Source: a virus
Reading direction: 5' to 3' (one strand)
Length of the DNA: 64,000 nt
Virus record (IMG/VR): IMGVR_UViG_3300017963_000217
Span: 35,387 to 99,386 of that record
Under the pieces are notes generated by a model, which ran no database searches, was not told the origin of the DNA, and worked only from the letters and a program-made list of their open reading frames with translations. The first letter of the stretch is position 1. Each line of letters opens with the position of its first letter. Below are positions 19,742-29,383 of this stretch, one piece after another. Made by a program: the position numbers and the translations under genes.

Positions 19742-20473
19742 ATGAGATTTATAGATATTAGCGGTAAAAAGTTTAATAGGTGGACTGTTCTTGAATATGC
19801 TGGATTTACCGATGGTCTGGATAAACGAAGATCTTGGAAATGTAGATGTGAGTGCGGCACAATTAGAGTAGTCGCTGGCACTAGTTTAAAACTAGGCAAA
19901 AGCAAAAGCTGTGGCTGTTTAGGCAGAGAAATATCTAGCAAAAACACTAATAATAGGATAGATATGTGTGGAAAAAGATTTGGTAGGTTGTTGGTTCTAA
20001 AATTTGCTGGCCATGATAAATATAAGTCTGCTTTATGGGAAGTTAAATGCGATTGTGGTAATATAAAAATTTTAAATGGTAATTATTTGAGAAGAGGTCA
20101 TACTACTAGTTGTGGATGTTATAATTTGGAACGATCTATAGAAGCTAATACAGGTAAGAATAATCACCAATGGAAAGGTGGCATTTCTTTGTCAGATCGC
20201 AAATCCGTTAAATATACTAAATGGCGTAGAAAAGTTATTAAAAGAGATAAATATAAATGCCAAATGTGTAATAGAACCTTATATAAATCTTTACATGCTC
20301 ATCATATTTTTCCCTTCGGAGATTATGAAAAACTTAGATTCAAAGTTTAGAATGGTATATCTCTTTGTAAAAAATGCCATGAAAGTATAAAAAATAGAGA
20401 ACACTGCTTTATAGATAAATTTATAGCTATAACAAATGGTTATAAATATCGGGAGGGAATAACATTGGGGTAA
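19742..20473 (+). pseudogene. HNH homing endonuclease interrupted by an in-frame TAG (20348-20350)
   Basis: Two WxCxCxCG..SCGC repeats, RDKYKCQMC..HAHHI; after the TAG the frame continues NGISLCKKCH to TAA 20473. Confidence 0.85.
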
Positions 20474-20715
20474 GTACATGGGGTTGGGGAAGTGCGTGTG
20501 GTGGAATAATAACCTCGTGGGGCTGGGGCCAGTGCCCATGTGAAGACTTTATACCTTCGGCTTCTGTACAGGATATTTGCGGTACTCCTGTGAGAACGTG
20601 CGTAGAAGTTAGGAATAGGCCATCTGATCTCGCATCTAGAGCCAGACCCTCTGAATTTGCGTCTAGAGCTAGACCGGCTGTTATACCTTCGCGCAGTAAT
20701 ATATGTGATGACTAA
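20464..20715 (+). CDS. Small Cys/Trp-rich protein with probable ATT start (missing from ORF track)
   Basis: 83-codon frame filling the gap to 20726; SD GGAGG at 20452-20456; two WGWG motifs and repeated RPSxxASRA. Confidence 0.55.
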   Translation: MGVSTWGWGSACGGIITSWGWGQCPCEDFIPSASVQDICGTPVRTCVEVRNRPSDLASRARPSEFASRARPAVIPSRSNICDD

Positions 20716-20725
20716 GAGGTAATGT

Positions 20726-21265
20726 ATGCCACGTAGAAAAAAAGTATGGAGTAAAACTAAGACGAACTTTAAGCGTACATGGGATCGTGTTGTTGATGGA
20801 CTAGGGCGTCGAGTAACTATATATATGCCGTATAGAAAAAGCGAGTGCCCGGCGTGTTATTATGATAAAGTTAACAGATCTAGCTCGGGAGTAAGTAAGT
20901 TAAGTCCCGGTGATCCTAATTATTTTACTGTTGGTAAATGCCCCGTGTGTCATGGTAGAGGTTTTTTAATAACGGAAAGAAAGAGATGTATAGATGCCAT
21001 TGTTATATGGGATCCAGTTGGTAGTGGTCGAATGAATTATATTACGCATGGTGAACCAGGATGGGAAGGTGCTACTAAGGTAGAATTAAAGACAGATCCA
21101 TGCCATTTAGATTTAATAAAACAATGTGAATATGCTTTAATAGATGGAATTAGATGTAAATTATCTAATCCACCTATATTGCGTGGTATAGGAGAAAAAC
21201 ATTTATTAGTCGCTCGGTTTTTTACTACTGACAAGCCCAAGAGAAATAGCGGTGAATATTTATAA
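20726..21265 (+). CDS. Putative head-closure / neck protein with Zn finger
   Basis: CPAC and CPVCHGRG motifs; precedes tail completion genes. Confidence 0.55.
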   Translation: MPRRKKVWSKTKTNFKRTWDRVVDGLGRRVTIYMPYRKSECPACYYDKVNRSSSGVSKLSPGDPNYFTVGKCPVCHGRGFLITERKRCIDAIVIWDPVGSGRMNYITHGEPGWEGATKVELKTDPCHLDLIKQCEYALIDGIRCKLSNPPILRGIGEKHLLVARFFTTDKPKRNSGEYL

Positions 21266-21291
21266 TTATCTAACTACTTTATATTAGAGGG
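21260..21291 (+). promoter_or_regulatory. Second copy of the candidate promoter motif (TTATAAT-n3-CTAAC-n10-TAGAGGG)
   Basis: Matches 2035-2067. Confidence 0.4.
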
Positions 21292-21298
21292 GATATTA

Positions 21299-21897
21299 GT
21301 GAGTCCTTATAGACTTCATAGAAATAGTTTGGTACGTTTTCTTAGAGAAATTATAAAGGAAGAAGTAGATAATGTAGCAGATACATTAATGGATAGATTC
21401 GATAAGGAGATAGTACCGTTTGAGGACGAAGAAGATCCGGCCAGACCCTCAGTATTAGAGAAGGGTTTGAGCGGGTTTTGAAGGATACAATTAGAGATAA
21501 TATATCAATAACTTCTACTTCAGCTGGGAACAGAGGATTATCTGTTTCGGTTGATATAGGGGTAGGTGATGAATCTAAGTTGGGATTCGGTGAAAGATTA
21601 GATGAAGAAACAACTGATGGATTAAGAATTATAGGAACCATACTTCAGGGCATTGTAGGTAGATATGTATTAGTTACAAGTGAGATGACTGGTGGACATG
21701 AAGGCAGATTTGGTAAGGCATTTTTACTATCCGAAGATCTATATAGAAAAGAAGCTATATATAAAGGATGGGATCCAAATAGACCTATTTGGTCGTTTTC
21801 TAATTTTCCAGGGGTACAGGATTTTTTCAGCGACATAAATTTCAAAGATATAGCGGCTAGAATAGCAAAAAAACTGGCGGAGGCAGTTAAAAAATAA
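21299..21897 (+). CDS. Neck / tail-completion protein split over two frames (21299..21481 and 21478..21897); -1 shift gives about 199 aa
   Basis: Second frame is open upstream of its TTG and has no clear SD; G GGT TTG heptamer at 21463-21469. Confidence 0.5.
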
Positions 21898-22703
21898 TGA
21901 AAAAATTTCGTAAGGAGGATTTAAGTTTACATCATTATCTCCGCTATAATGTTCTTGATGAATATATAGAGACTGATACTAATGTATCTCTTACATATTT
22001 GCCCGATATTTCTAGTGCTGGATCCCAAGTTTATGAAGCAGAATCAAATAGACTTCCACCACCTATTAGTCTAGGACGTGGTTGGGTTTATATAGATGCA
22101 TATGGAGATGTTACGGAACAACAGAATGCAGTTACTGTTTATAACTCAGTGGGTTCAGTTATAAGTGGTACTGAATATATGATAGATTATATAGATGGTC
22201 GGGTTATTACGGATGGTTCGGTTACTCCATCGGTGGTAACTTATAAATATTTTTGTGTATCTTTAGTAAATGAATGGCAAGATGTAGAAGCAGCAGATGT
22301 ACCTGTTGTTGTAGTAGATTTAAACACATTTGAAAAAGAGGGATTTCAACTCGGCGGGGGAAAAAGAGTCCCTAGAAAAGGTTATTTACATATATTTGCC
22401 ACTAATCAGGCTGAACGAGATGATTTAATGGAATTATTGTACGATGGGATAAATGAAAAATGCGTCCCTAACCAAAACTGGACTAAGGGATCTATGATAG
22501 ATTGGAATGGAACTTGGAATGATGATTATATTTATGAATTAGTTCAATATGAGAGCGGTCTGCATATTGAGAACGTAAGAGCAAGACACATAACACCACC
22601 ATTTACTAGTGGAATACCTAGAACTGATAGTACAATGTTTAGTGATTTACATAGATATAGAGCTAGAATTGATTTTGAAATGTTTTATTGGAAAAATAAT
22701 TAA
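21897..22703 (+). CDS. Putative tail terminator / completion protein
   Basis: PVVVVD..GFQLGGG..IFA....ERDDL pattern; upstream of the tail tube gene. Confidence 0.6.
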   Translation: MKKFRKEDLSLHHYLRYNVLDEYIETDTNVSLTYLPDISSAGSQVYEAESNRLPPPISLGRGWVYIDAYGDVTEQQNAVTVYNSVGSVISGTEYMIDYIDGRVITDGSVTPSVVTYKYFCVSLVNEWQDVEAADVPVVVVDLNTFEKEGFQLGGGKRVPRKGYLHIFATNQAERDDLMELLYDGINEKCVPNQNWTKGSMIDWNGTWNDDYIYELVQYESGLHIENVRARHITPPFTSGIPRTDSTMFSDLHRYRARIDFEMFYWKNN

Positions 22704-22719
22704 AGGATTGTGAATTAAT

Positions 22720-24327
22720 ATGGGAAAAAAATATACTATAGGATATATAGAGGAAAATTTTAATAAAGAAGGTTATAAATTATTAACTAGTGAATACAAT
22801 GGGTGCAAACAAAAGCTAGATTTTATATGTCCTAATGGCCATAGACATAATATAAGTTTTGATAAATGGTTAAAAGGCCAAAGATGTTATTACTGTAATG
22901 GTAATGTGAGATTGAGTAACACAGAAGTAAAAAGAGAATTTGAAGAAAATGGATATATATTATTATCTCAATATAAAAACAGCGGCACTAAATTGAAATA
23001 TAAATGCCCTCAAGGCCATATAGGTGAGATGAAGTGGGATCATTTTAGGGACGGTCATAGATGTCCAGAATGTTCGGGGAATAAACCTATTAGTAGAGAA
23101 AAGATATCCGCTAGATTTAGCTCAATGGGTTATAAATTTTTAGATAAGATAAATAACAACGGTATTAGACGATTGTCTTATGTTTGCGATAAAGGTCATT
23201 ATGGAGAAACCACATGGTATAACTTTAACAAAGGTATAAGATGTAATGAATGCGCGGGCAAAGCAAAAAAGACGGTGGATTTTTTACGAAATGAATTTAA
23301 CACAGAGGGATACGCACTTGTAACAGAAAATTATGAAAACTGTCACCAAAAATTACATTTAGTATGCCCTAATGGTCATAATTATTATGTATCATGGGAT
23401 AATTGGAATAATAAAAACTCTCGTTGTACGAAATGTAGTGAATGGGGCAGATCTAATCAAGAAACTGAGTTATTCGAGTTTTTGAATGGTATATGTGACA
23501 AAATAATTAGAAATGATAGATCATTAATAAGCCCTTATGAGATTGATTTTGTAATACCTGAAAAGAATGTTGCTATAGAATATTGCGGCTTATACTGGCA
23601 TTCTGAATTAGCTGGTAGAAATAGGAATTATCATATAGATAAATTAGATAAATGTCAATCCAAGGGTTATAGACTTATAACTATTTTTGAGGATGAATTT
23701 GTAAATCGTAAAGAAATTGTTTTTTCAAGGCTCAAAACTATTCTTGGTTTAAATAGTAATAAGATATTTGCTAGAGATTGTTTAGTAAAAGAGATATCTA
23801 CTAATGAGGCATCCGAGTTTTGTAATAAACATCATTTACAAGGATATCACGGTTCATCAATTAAAATAGGTGCTTTTTATAAAAATAAATTAGTATCAGT
23901 AATGACTTTTTCTAAACCATCTATAGCTAAAGGTAGTAAATATAAAGAAGATTTTATTTGGGAACTGTCTAGGTTTTGTTCCATCCAAGACTATATTATA
24001 ATTGGTATAGCTTCAAAGTTATTAAAATTTTTTGAAAGAAATTACAAATGGAATGAGATATTTTCATATGCAGATAGAAGATGGTCTGATGGTAATTTAT
24101 ATATAAAAATGGGATTTGAATATTCTAGTATTACTACTCCTAACTATTGGTATTTGAGTAAACAATCAAGAATTCATAGATTTGCTTTGCGTAAAACAAA
24201 AGAGGATCCTAAGGATCAAACAGAATGGCAAATAAGAAAATATGATGGTTGGAATAGAATATGGGATTGTGGGAATTTGAAATATAAAAAAATTAATGCC
24301 TCATATTTAAGCAACTATGTTGCTTAG
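22720..24327 (+). CDS. Hef-like free-standing endonuclease: Zn-ribbon repeats, PD-(D/E)XK-like domain, GNAT/Mom-like C-terminus
   Basis: Four CxxGH..RCxxC repeats; EIDF..AIEYCGLYWH..IFEDE; WELSRFC..GIASKLL..SYADRRW..GNLY..WDCG. Confidence 0.75.
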   Translation: MGKKYTIGYIEENFNKEGYKLLTSEYNGCKQKLDFICPNGHRHNISFDKWLKGQRCYYCNGNVRLSNTEVKREFEENGYILLSQYKNSGTKLKYKCPQGHIGEMKWDHFRDGHRCPECSGNKPISREKISARFSSMGYKFLDKINNNGIRRLSYVCDKGHYGETTWYNFNKGIRCNECAGKAKKTVDFLRNEFNTEGYALVTENYENCHQKLHLVCPNGHNYYVSWDNWNNKNSRCTKCSEWGRSNQETELFEFLNGICDKIIRNDRSLISPYEIDFVIPEKNVAIEYCGLYWHSELAGRNRNYHIDKLDKCQSKGYRLITIFEDEFVNRKEIVFSRLKTILGLNSNKIFARDCLVKEISTNEASEFCNKHHLQGYHGSSIKIGAFYKNKLVSVMTFSKPSIAKGSKYKEDFIWELSRFCSIQDYIIIGIASKLLKFFERNYKWNEIFSYADRRWSDGNLYIKMGFEYSSITTPNYWYLSKQSRIHRFALRKTKEDPKDQTEWQIRKYDGWNRIWDCGNLKYKKINASYLSNYVA

Positions 24328-24441
24328 GAGAAGGACAGGAGAGTTCGTTAATAGTCAATGCCTCGATCTATTAGAACTCTAGGGTATAGCTTAAATCCAA
24401 CCTCGAGCTGTAACAAATATTTATAGGAGGAATAACATACT

Positions 24442-27132
24442 ATGGCAAGAAACAGGATCATTTATGGTTCTCAATCAGTATGGTGTAATGGTGAAATCCT
24501 ATATAGAGTGCAGACACTGGGCAGTACCACAACTTTTACGTCTGAGGACATATTTGAACTAGGTCATTTAGATATAGTAGACGTTGTGGACGACGTAAGA
24601 TAGTTGCGTCCTTGTTGGGTAACCAACATGTAAAACTTCATGATATGCTGGAAACTCCCACTAAGTTTTTACTACTAACCGATATCGGAGTAATAATGTA
24701 AAAAATAGGGACAATCAGCAGGGGAGATTTTATAATGAGAAAAAAAATGCCTTATAGTAAGGATGAATTACAAAAGTTGTATATGGAAGAGGGATCTATA
24801 GGTAAAGTAGCATCAAAATTATCTAAACCTTATAGTACTGTTAGATATTGGTATGAAAAAAATGATATCAAAGTACAACCTTCATGCATGACTATCTACC
24901 AAGAATTAAGAGAAACCCCCATGTCACAATTTCAAAAATCTATAGTTTTGGGTTCGGTTCTTGGTGATGGGAATTTGAAATTAGCCCCCCATAGTAAAAA
25001 TGCTAGACTAAGAATTGGTCATTGTAAAAAGCAAATAGGTTATTTAAAATGGAAATACGATATGCTACAACCCTTTTCTAGAAAATTTGGTTTAGATCAG
25101 CCTGCCAAAGAAAAAATTTATAAAGGGAAAAAGTTTAAGTCGACTGATTTTTACAGATTTCATACGGTAGTTCATCCAGATATTACTTATTATTATAGAA
25201 AATATTATAATAAGGGTAACAAAATAGTTCACAGAGACGTTATAGATGAACTTGATTTAATATCACTTGCTATATGGTTTGGTGATGATGGATCTTCATA
25301 CAGAGATAAAAGAACTGATGCTGTTATGTGCTCATTTGCTACTAATTCATTTAGTTATAAGGAACAAGTAGTGCTAGTAAAGGCTTTAAGAAGGTTCTTT
25401 GGTGGTACCATAAAAATAGATGAGCAAGGTAATAAAGGCAGATCAGATTTACTTTTAAGAATGTATAAGACCGTTTATGTAAAAGACTTTTTGTACAATA
25501 TTAAATCAATTTTACCAAAATGTATTCATTATAAAATCGCCCTCAGAGACTAGGTATGAAGCTCCTATTTTATTATAGGATGAAGGTATAGTCCGAACTT
25601 ACAGGAAACTGTAAGAGGGAATGCCGAAGAGCTTCCCCGCCTAACAGGTAAAGCTGAGGTCATTATAAGTAACAGATTGACCTGCTGTCGCAGTTACACT
25701 TAACACTAACGATTGGGGCGATGTAAAAACCATGGCCGTATTAGCACAAGTTCCAGCAGCTAAACTTGCAATGGACGCTAACGCTACTAATAGTAATGCT
25801 AACTTAGCTACTGTTGACTCAAGTCTTACAGAGTTGGGTTATTACCATCATGGTGCATGTTTAGCTGACTTTGCGGTTACTTGTGGTAACTTAACTGGTG
25901 TTACTTTATGGGCTCCAGTTCAGTCAGAATGTGATCTTGGTACACTAGCTAATAATATAGACCAGACTATGGTAATGGACGAAGTCTACGTAAATAGTCT
26001 TGAATTTGGCTATACTACTGGTGCAAATGCTACTGAGAACTACGGTGCTGAGACTGACCAAAAGCTATGGTTGCTGAATGATGGTAGATTTGTTAACTAC
26101 GAAGAACTAGATTATGATAGTGGTGATTTTACCACTTCTGGTACTTTAGCTTCTGGTGTTACTATAGCCACATTTAGTGATGGAAGTTTGGGATTCTTAA
26201 GAACCGATGTTGATGGCGCTAGGGCAGTTACCTATTTTGATGCAAGTGCGAACAATGGGCTTGGTGAACAAGTTAATTGGGCAGTTGTTTCTGGTACTGC
26301 TGCTGCTACTAGTACATTTGTGTATGATGAATCTACTGATACCTTGTATCTACCTACTGTTGGTATAGCTCCAGCGGCCGGCGACAAGATATTTGCTGTA
26401 TACTCAGCAGACGGTTATGTAACTGCTATGGGTAATAAATATTTTGAAATTCTAGATGTTACTGAGCGCCCAGATACTATTGGCGCTTTGAGACAGGGTC
26501 AGGTAGAGATTTATATTGTATCTGATACTGACGCATCATATGAGAATGCATGGAGATTGACTGCGGTTACTATTACTTCTGACCTTACGCGTGAAGCTTT
26601 GGCTGAACTTGGTCATTTGGGTCCATATGATAGGCCGTTGACAGTTCCAATACCAATTACAGTTACCATAGACACCACTGCTGGTGACTTGGAACATTGG
26701 TCAAGATTTGCTGATAGGTATTCCGAGTTTGCTAATGATACTATGATAGATATAGATCTAGCAGATTTATTCTCATCGGAAGATCTTAAGTTAGTGGTTA
26801 AGGTATTTGCTCAGACCGACGAAGAAGCTGGTGGAACAGGTTCTAATAGAACTATTGCTGTCGGTTCAGATCTTATTGGTCAGGATTATTTTTGGTCAGA
26901 TTCTGCGGCAAGTTCTGTAAAGGGAACCATTGCTGCTGGTCAAACTGAAAGAGCACTTAAGACTATCGTTGTTGAACATCTTAAGATTACGGATGAGGCT
27001 TACACATTGGATCTTGGAACAAACGCTACTCAGACATTTGGGTTTCGTTCAACCAATGATCTCTATGTTGTTAAGGGAGACCTTGATATAGATCATATTA
27101 CTGGTGGTAATAAGATTAGGCGTAATGCTTAA
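24442..27132 (+). CDS. Major tail (tube) protein, spliced: join(24442..24596,25680..27132), 535 aa
   Basis: Exon 1 MARNRIIYGSQ..ELGHLDIVDVVDD (SD GGAGG, absent from the ORF track) joins V-PAVAVTLNTNDWGDVKTM in frame with ORF 25732; lies before chaperones and tape measure. Confidence 0.8.
24597..25679 (+). ncRNA. Group I self-splicing intron in the tail protein gene (1083 nt)
   Basis: P1: exon GACGU pairs with GCGUC 24606-24610. P ATGCTGGAAA, Q AATCAGCAGG, R TCAGAGACTA, S AAGGTATAGTC. Ends AAGTAACAGATTG like the capsid intron. Confidence 0.93.
24735..25553 (+). CDS. Intron-encoded LAGLIDADG_2-type homing endonuclease with N-terminal HTH
   Basis: VLGSVLGDG and LAIWFGDDG motifs; ATNSFS. Confidence 0.9.
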   Translation: MRKKMPYSKDELQKLYMEEGSIGKVASKLSKPYSTVRYWYEKNDIKVQPSCMTIYQELRETPMSQFQKSIVLGSVLGDGNLKLAPHSKNARLRIGHCKKQIGYLKWKYDMLQPFSRKFGLDQPAKEKIYKGKKFKSTDFYRFHTVVHPDITYYYRKYYNKGNKIVHRDVIDELDLISLAIWFGDDGSSYRDKRTDAVMCSFATNSFSYKEQVVLVKALRRFFGGTIKIDEQGNKGRSDLLLRMYKTVYVKDFLYNIKSILPKCIHYKIALRD

Positions 27133-27140
27133 TTAGATTG

Positions 27141-27180
27141 AAGGCGTATGGGTGAGGGAACTATCCCTCACCTATACCTT
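27141..27180 (+). terminator. Stem-loop after the tail tube gene
   Basis: 14-bp stem GTATGGGTGAGGGA / TCCCTCACCTATAC, loop ACTA; no U-tract. Confidence 0.6.
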
Positions 27181-27202
27181 AATTATGGGAAGGAGAAATA
27201 AG

Positions 27203-27472
27203 ATGGTTGAAAAGGTTGATAAACATAAGGAAAAGTTAATGCGAGATGTTAACGAGGAAGTTACTATATTGTTTGAAAAAACATTAGATTATGCCGAAGT
27301 GGCTGTACCTAATGTAGAACAATACAAAAGGCTTAGATCAAAAATACTAAGAGTTGGTAATAATTGTATACGCAATATTAATAAAATTATAGCTGCTCGT
27401 TATTTAGTAAAATTTGATCCGCCAACTGAAACTATTATTGAAACCAAATTAGGTAATACGGCAAAGGACTAA
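27203..27472 (+). CDS. Hypothetical protein
   Basis: ATG 27203 follows SD AAGGAG; the ORF-track start lies inside the hairpin. Confidence 0.6.
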   Translation: MVEKVDKHKEKLMRDVNEEVTILFEKTLDYAEVAVPNVEQYKRLRSKILRVGNNCIRNINKIIAARYLVKFDPPTETIIETKLGNTAKD

Positions 27473-27488
27473 TATAGGAGGATGTAAA

Positions 27489-28253
27489 ATGGAAGAAAAA
27501 GAAAAGGCTATTGTAGAGAACAGAAGGAAATTTGAGGACCCCACTACATCAAAGACTTATTATATTGCTACACCAACAGCTGAAGATGTAAGGGGTGCAG
27601 ATTGGCAATATAGCAAGATGTATACAAAATCTCTTAAAGAAGGTATTGTAACATCTGCTGAAATGGTGGACGTACTTAAATTACGCGGAGTTATAGGACC
27701 TGAATTTGAAAGACGTCAGAAGGAATTAACCGATGAGCTAGCTAAGAAAGTTGAAGAATTGAGATCATCAATAGACATGGATGATAAGCAGAGGCTGGCA
27801 TTAGAAGTTAGTTCTTTAAGGCAGGAGTTATATGAGTGGAATTATAGGCTTAATGGTCCAATGTCTAATACATGTGAGCAGATAGCCGATGATTCTAGGT
27901 TGGAATATTTAACATCAAGAATGGTTCAACGAGATGATGGTGAAAGACTGTGGGAAGAGTACTCTGATTTTTTGAAGGAAAGTAACCAAGCTTTATCTAT
28001 GAGAGCTAGGTTTGAAGTTATGCTCTATTTACAGGGACTAGATTCTGATTTTCTTGAGAAAACTCCTGAGGCTACAGCTATTAGAGAGATAGAACAGGAT
28101 ATACAAAATAAAGCTAGTGAAGCATTGGCTAAATTAGAAGCATCTGTGGCCGAGGACTCAGAGGAAGAGGAATCTGATACTACCGAAGAAAAAAAATCCA
28201 GATCTAAAAGAAAAAGTAGAACAAGAAAAACTACAAGTAAAAAATCGGAGTAA
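27489..28253 (+). CDS. Putative tail assembly chaperone
   Basis: Helical protein between tube and tape measure; similar in layout to the next gene (Y..S..EG, T.E..A..S.L.YL). Confidence 0.6.
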   Translation: MEEKEKAIVENRRKFEDPTTSKTYYIATPTAEDVRGADWQYSKMYTKSLKEGIVTSAEMVDVLKLRGVIGPEFERRQKELTDELAKKVEELRSSIDMDDKQRLALEVSSLRQELYEWNYRLNGPMSNTCEQIADDSRLEYLTSRMVQRDDGERLWEEYSDFLKESNQALSMRARFEVMLYLQGLDSDFLEKTPEATAIREIEQDIQNKASEALAKLEASVAEDSEEEESDTTEEKKSRSKRKSRTRKTTSKKSE

Positions 28254-28255
28254 TT

Positions 28256-29311
28256 ATGACATTACCGATTGGAGAACTAGAAAAATACATAGAGCAAATT
28301 TGTACTGGAATTAAAATAGTTGATATTGATAATTATACCATATTATTCAAGCCGGCTACAAATTTTGTTCTTATGAAAGCTAGACGCCTTTATGATATGG
28401 AGTATAAAAGATCTATAGATGAAGGATTGTTACCTATAGACGAAATGAAAACTATACTTGAAGAGCGTAATTTTATAAGGGCTGAGGATAGAAATAAATT
28501 ATCTAAACTTCAATCACAATTAGAAGCTCAAAAAATATTGCTGGCAAAAACACTAAAAGTTAAAGCTAATCAAGACCGTATAAAAGATGTAATACATAAA
28601 CTGGAAGAAGAGATAAGTCAAATAGAATCAGTGGAAAGGTCCAAGTTTTCTATGACCGCAGAGACTAGAGCTGAGGAATCTAAGTTATTATATCTTTGTT
28701 ATAAGTGCACGTATGATATAGATACAGATAAGTTATATTGGCCTACTTATAAGGATTTTTCCAACGAGTCTAGATTGACATTCAGACAAAAAGTTTTGTC
28801 AGAATTTATATTATTTTACAGTGGTATACCAACTACTAAGATAAGAGCTATAGCTAGAAGTAATTTGTGGAGAATACGATATTTGACAAGTCTGAAGACG
28901 TCGGAACCTCTGTTTGGGGTTCCGACATCTGAGTATACCAACGATATGTTAAATCTTGCATATTGGTCTCACTATTATCAGAATATTTATGAGATGATGC
29001 CCGATGACCAGCCATCGGATTTGATTATAGATGATGATGAGGCGTTAGATGCGTATATGCAAGATTATTATGAGGAAAAAAATAGAGAGGCTGCTGGAAG
29101 GAGAGATACACGAAAGAGGAGAGGTAAGCTACAAGCATTTAATTCTCAAGAAGTTATTGTTACTAGATCCAATGAATTATACGAAGATATTACTTATGAT
29201 ACACCTAGAGAATCACAAGCTATAAAGGACAGGAATTTAATAAGAAAAAAGAGTAGAGTTACAAAAGGTAATAGAGTTGGAACTATACCTGATAAACTAC
29301 CTACCAAATAA
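28256..29311 (+). CDS. Putative tail assembly chaperone / pre-tape-measure protein
   Basis: Directly precedes tape measure; YQNIYEM..PSDLIIDDDEALD motif. Confidence 0.6.
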   Translation: MTLPIGELEKYIEQICTGIKIVDIDNYTILFKPATNFVLMKARRLYDMEYKRSIDEGLLPIDEMKTILEERNFIRAEDRNKLSKLQSQLEAQKILLAKTLKVKANQDRIKDVIHKLEEEISQIESVERSKFSMTAETRAEESKLLYLCYKCTYDIDTDKLYWPTYKDFSNESRLTFRQKVLSEFILFYSGIPTTKIRAIARSNLWRIRYLTSLKTSEPLFGVPTSEYTNDMLNLAYWSHYYQNIYEMMPDDQPSDLIIDDDEALDAYMQDYYEEKNREAAGRRDTRKRRGKLQAFNSQEVIVTRSNELYEDITYDTPRESQAIKDRNLIRKKSRVTKGNRVGTIPDKLPTK

Positions 29312-29383
29312 GGCAAGGAAAGGTCGAAAAGAATGAATAATTATATTATAACATTGGCATATATTTTATAGGAGGACTGACCT

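Noticed and set aside
20348-20350. Genome-wide TAG recoding (alternative genetic code)
   Set aside because: TAG ends several normal genes (13085, 19244, 24327, 55038, 56809), and genes are not fragmented under the standard code.
28185-28258. Lambda G/GT-type frameshift between the two chaperone genes at A AAA AAA (28190)
   Set aside because: The -1 frame has stops at 28205, 28217 and 28238, and the second gene has its own SD and ATG.
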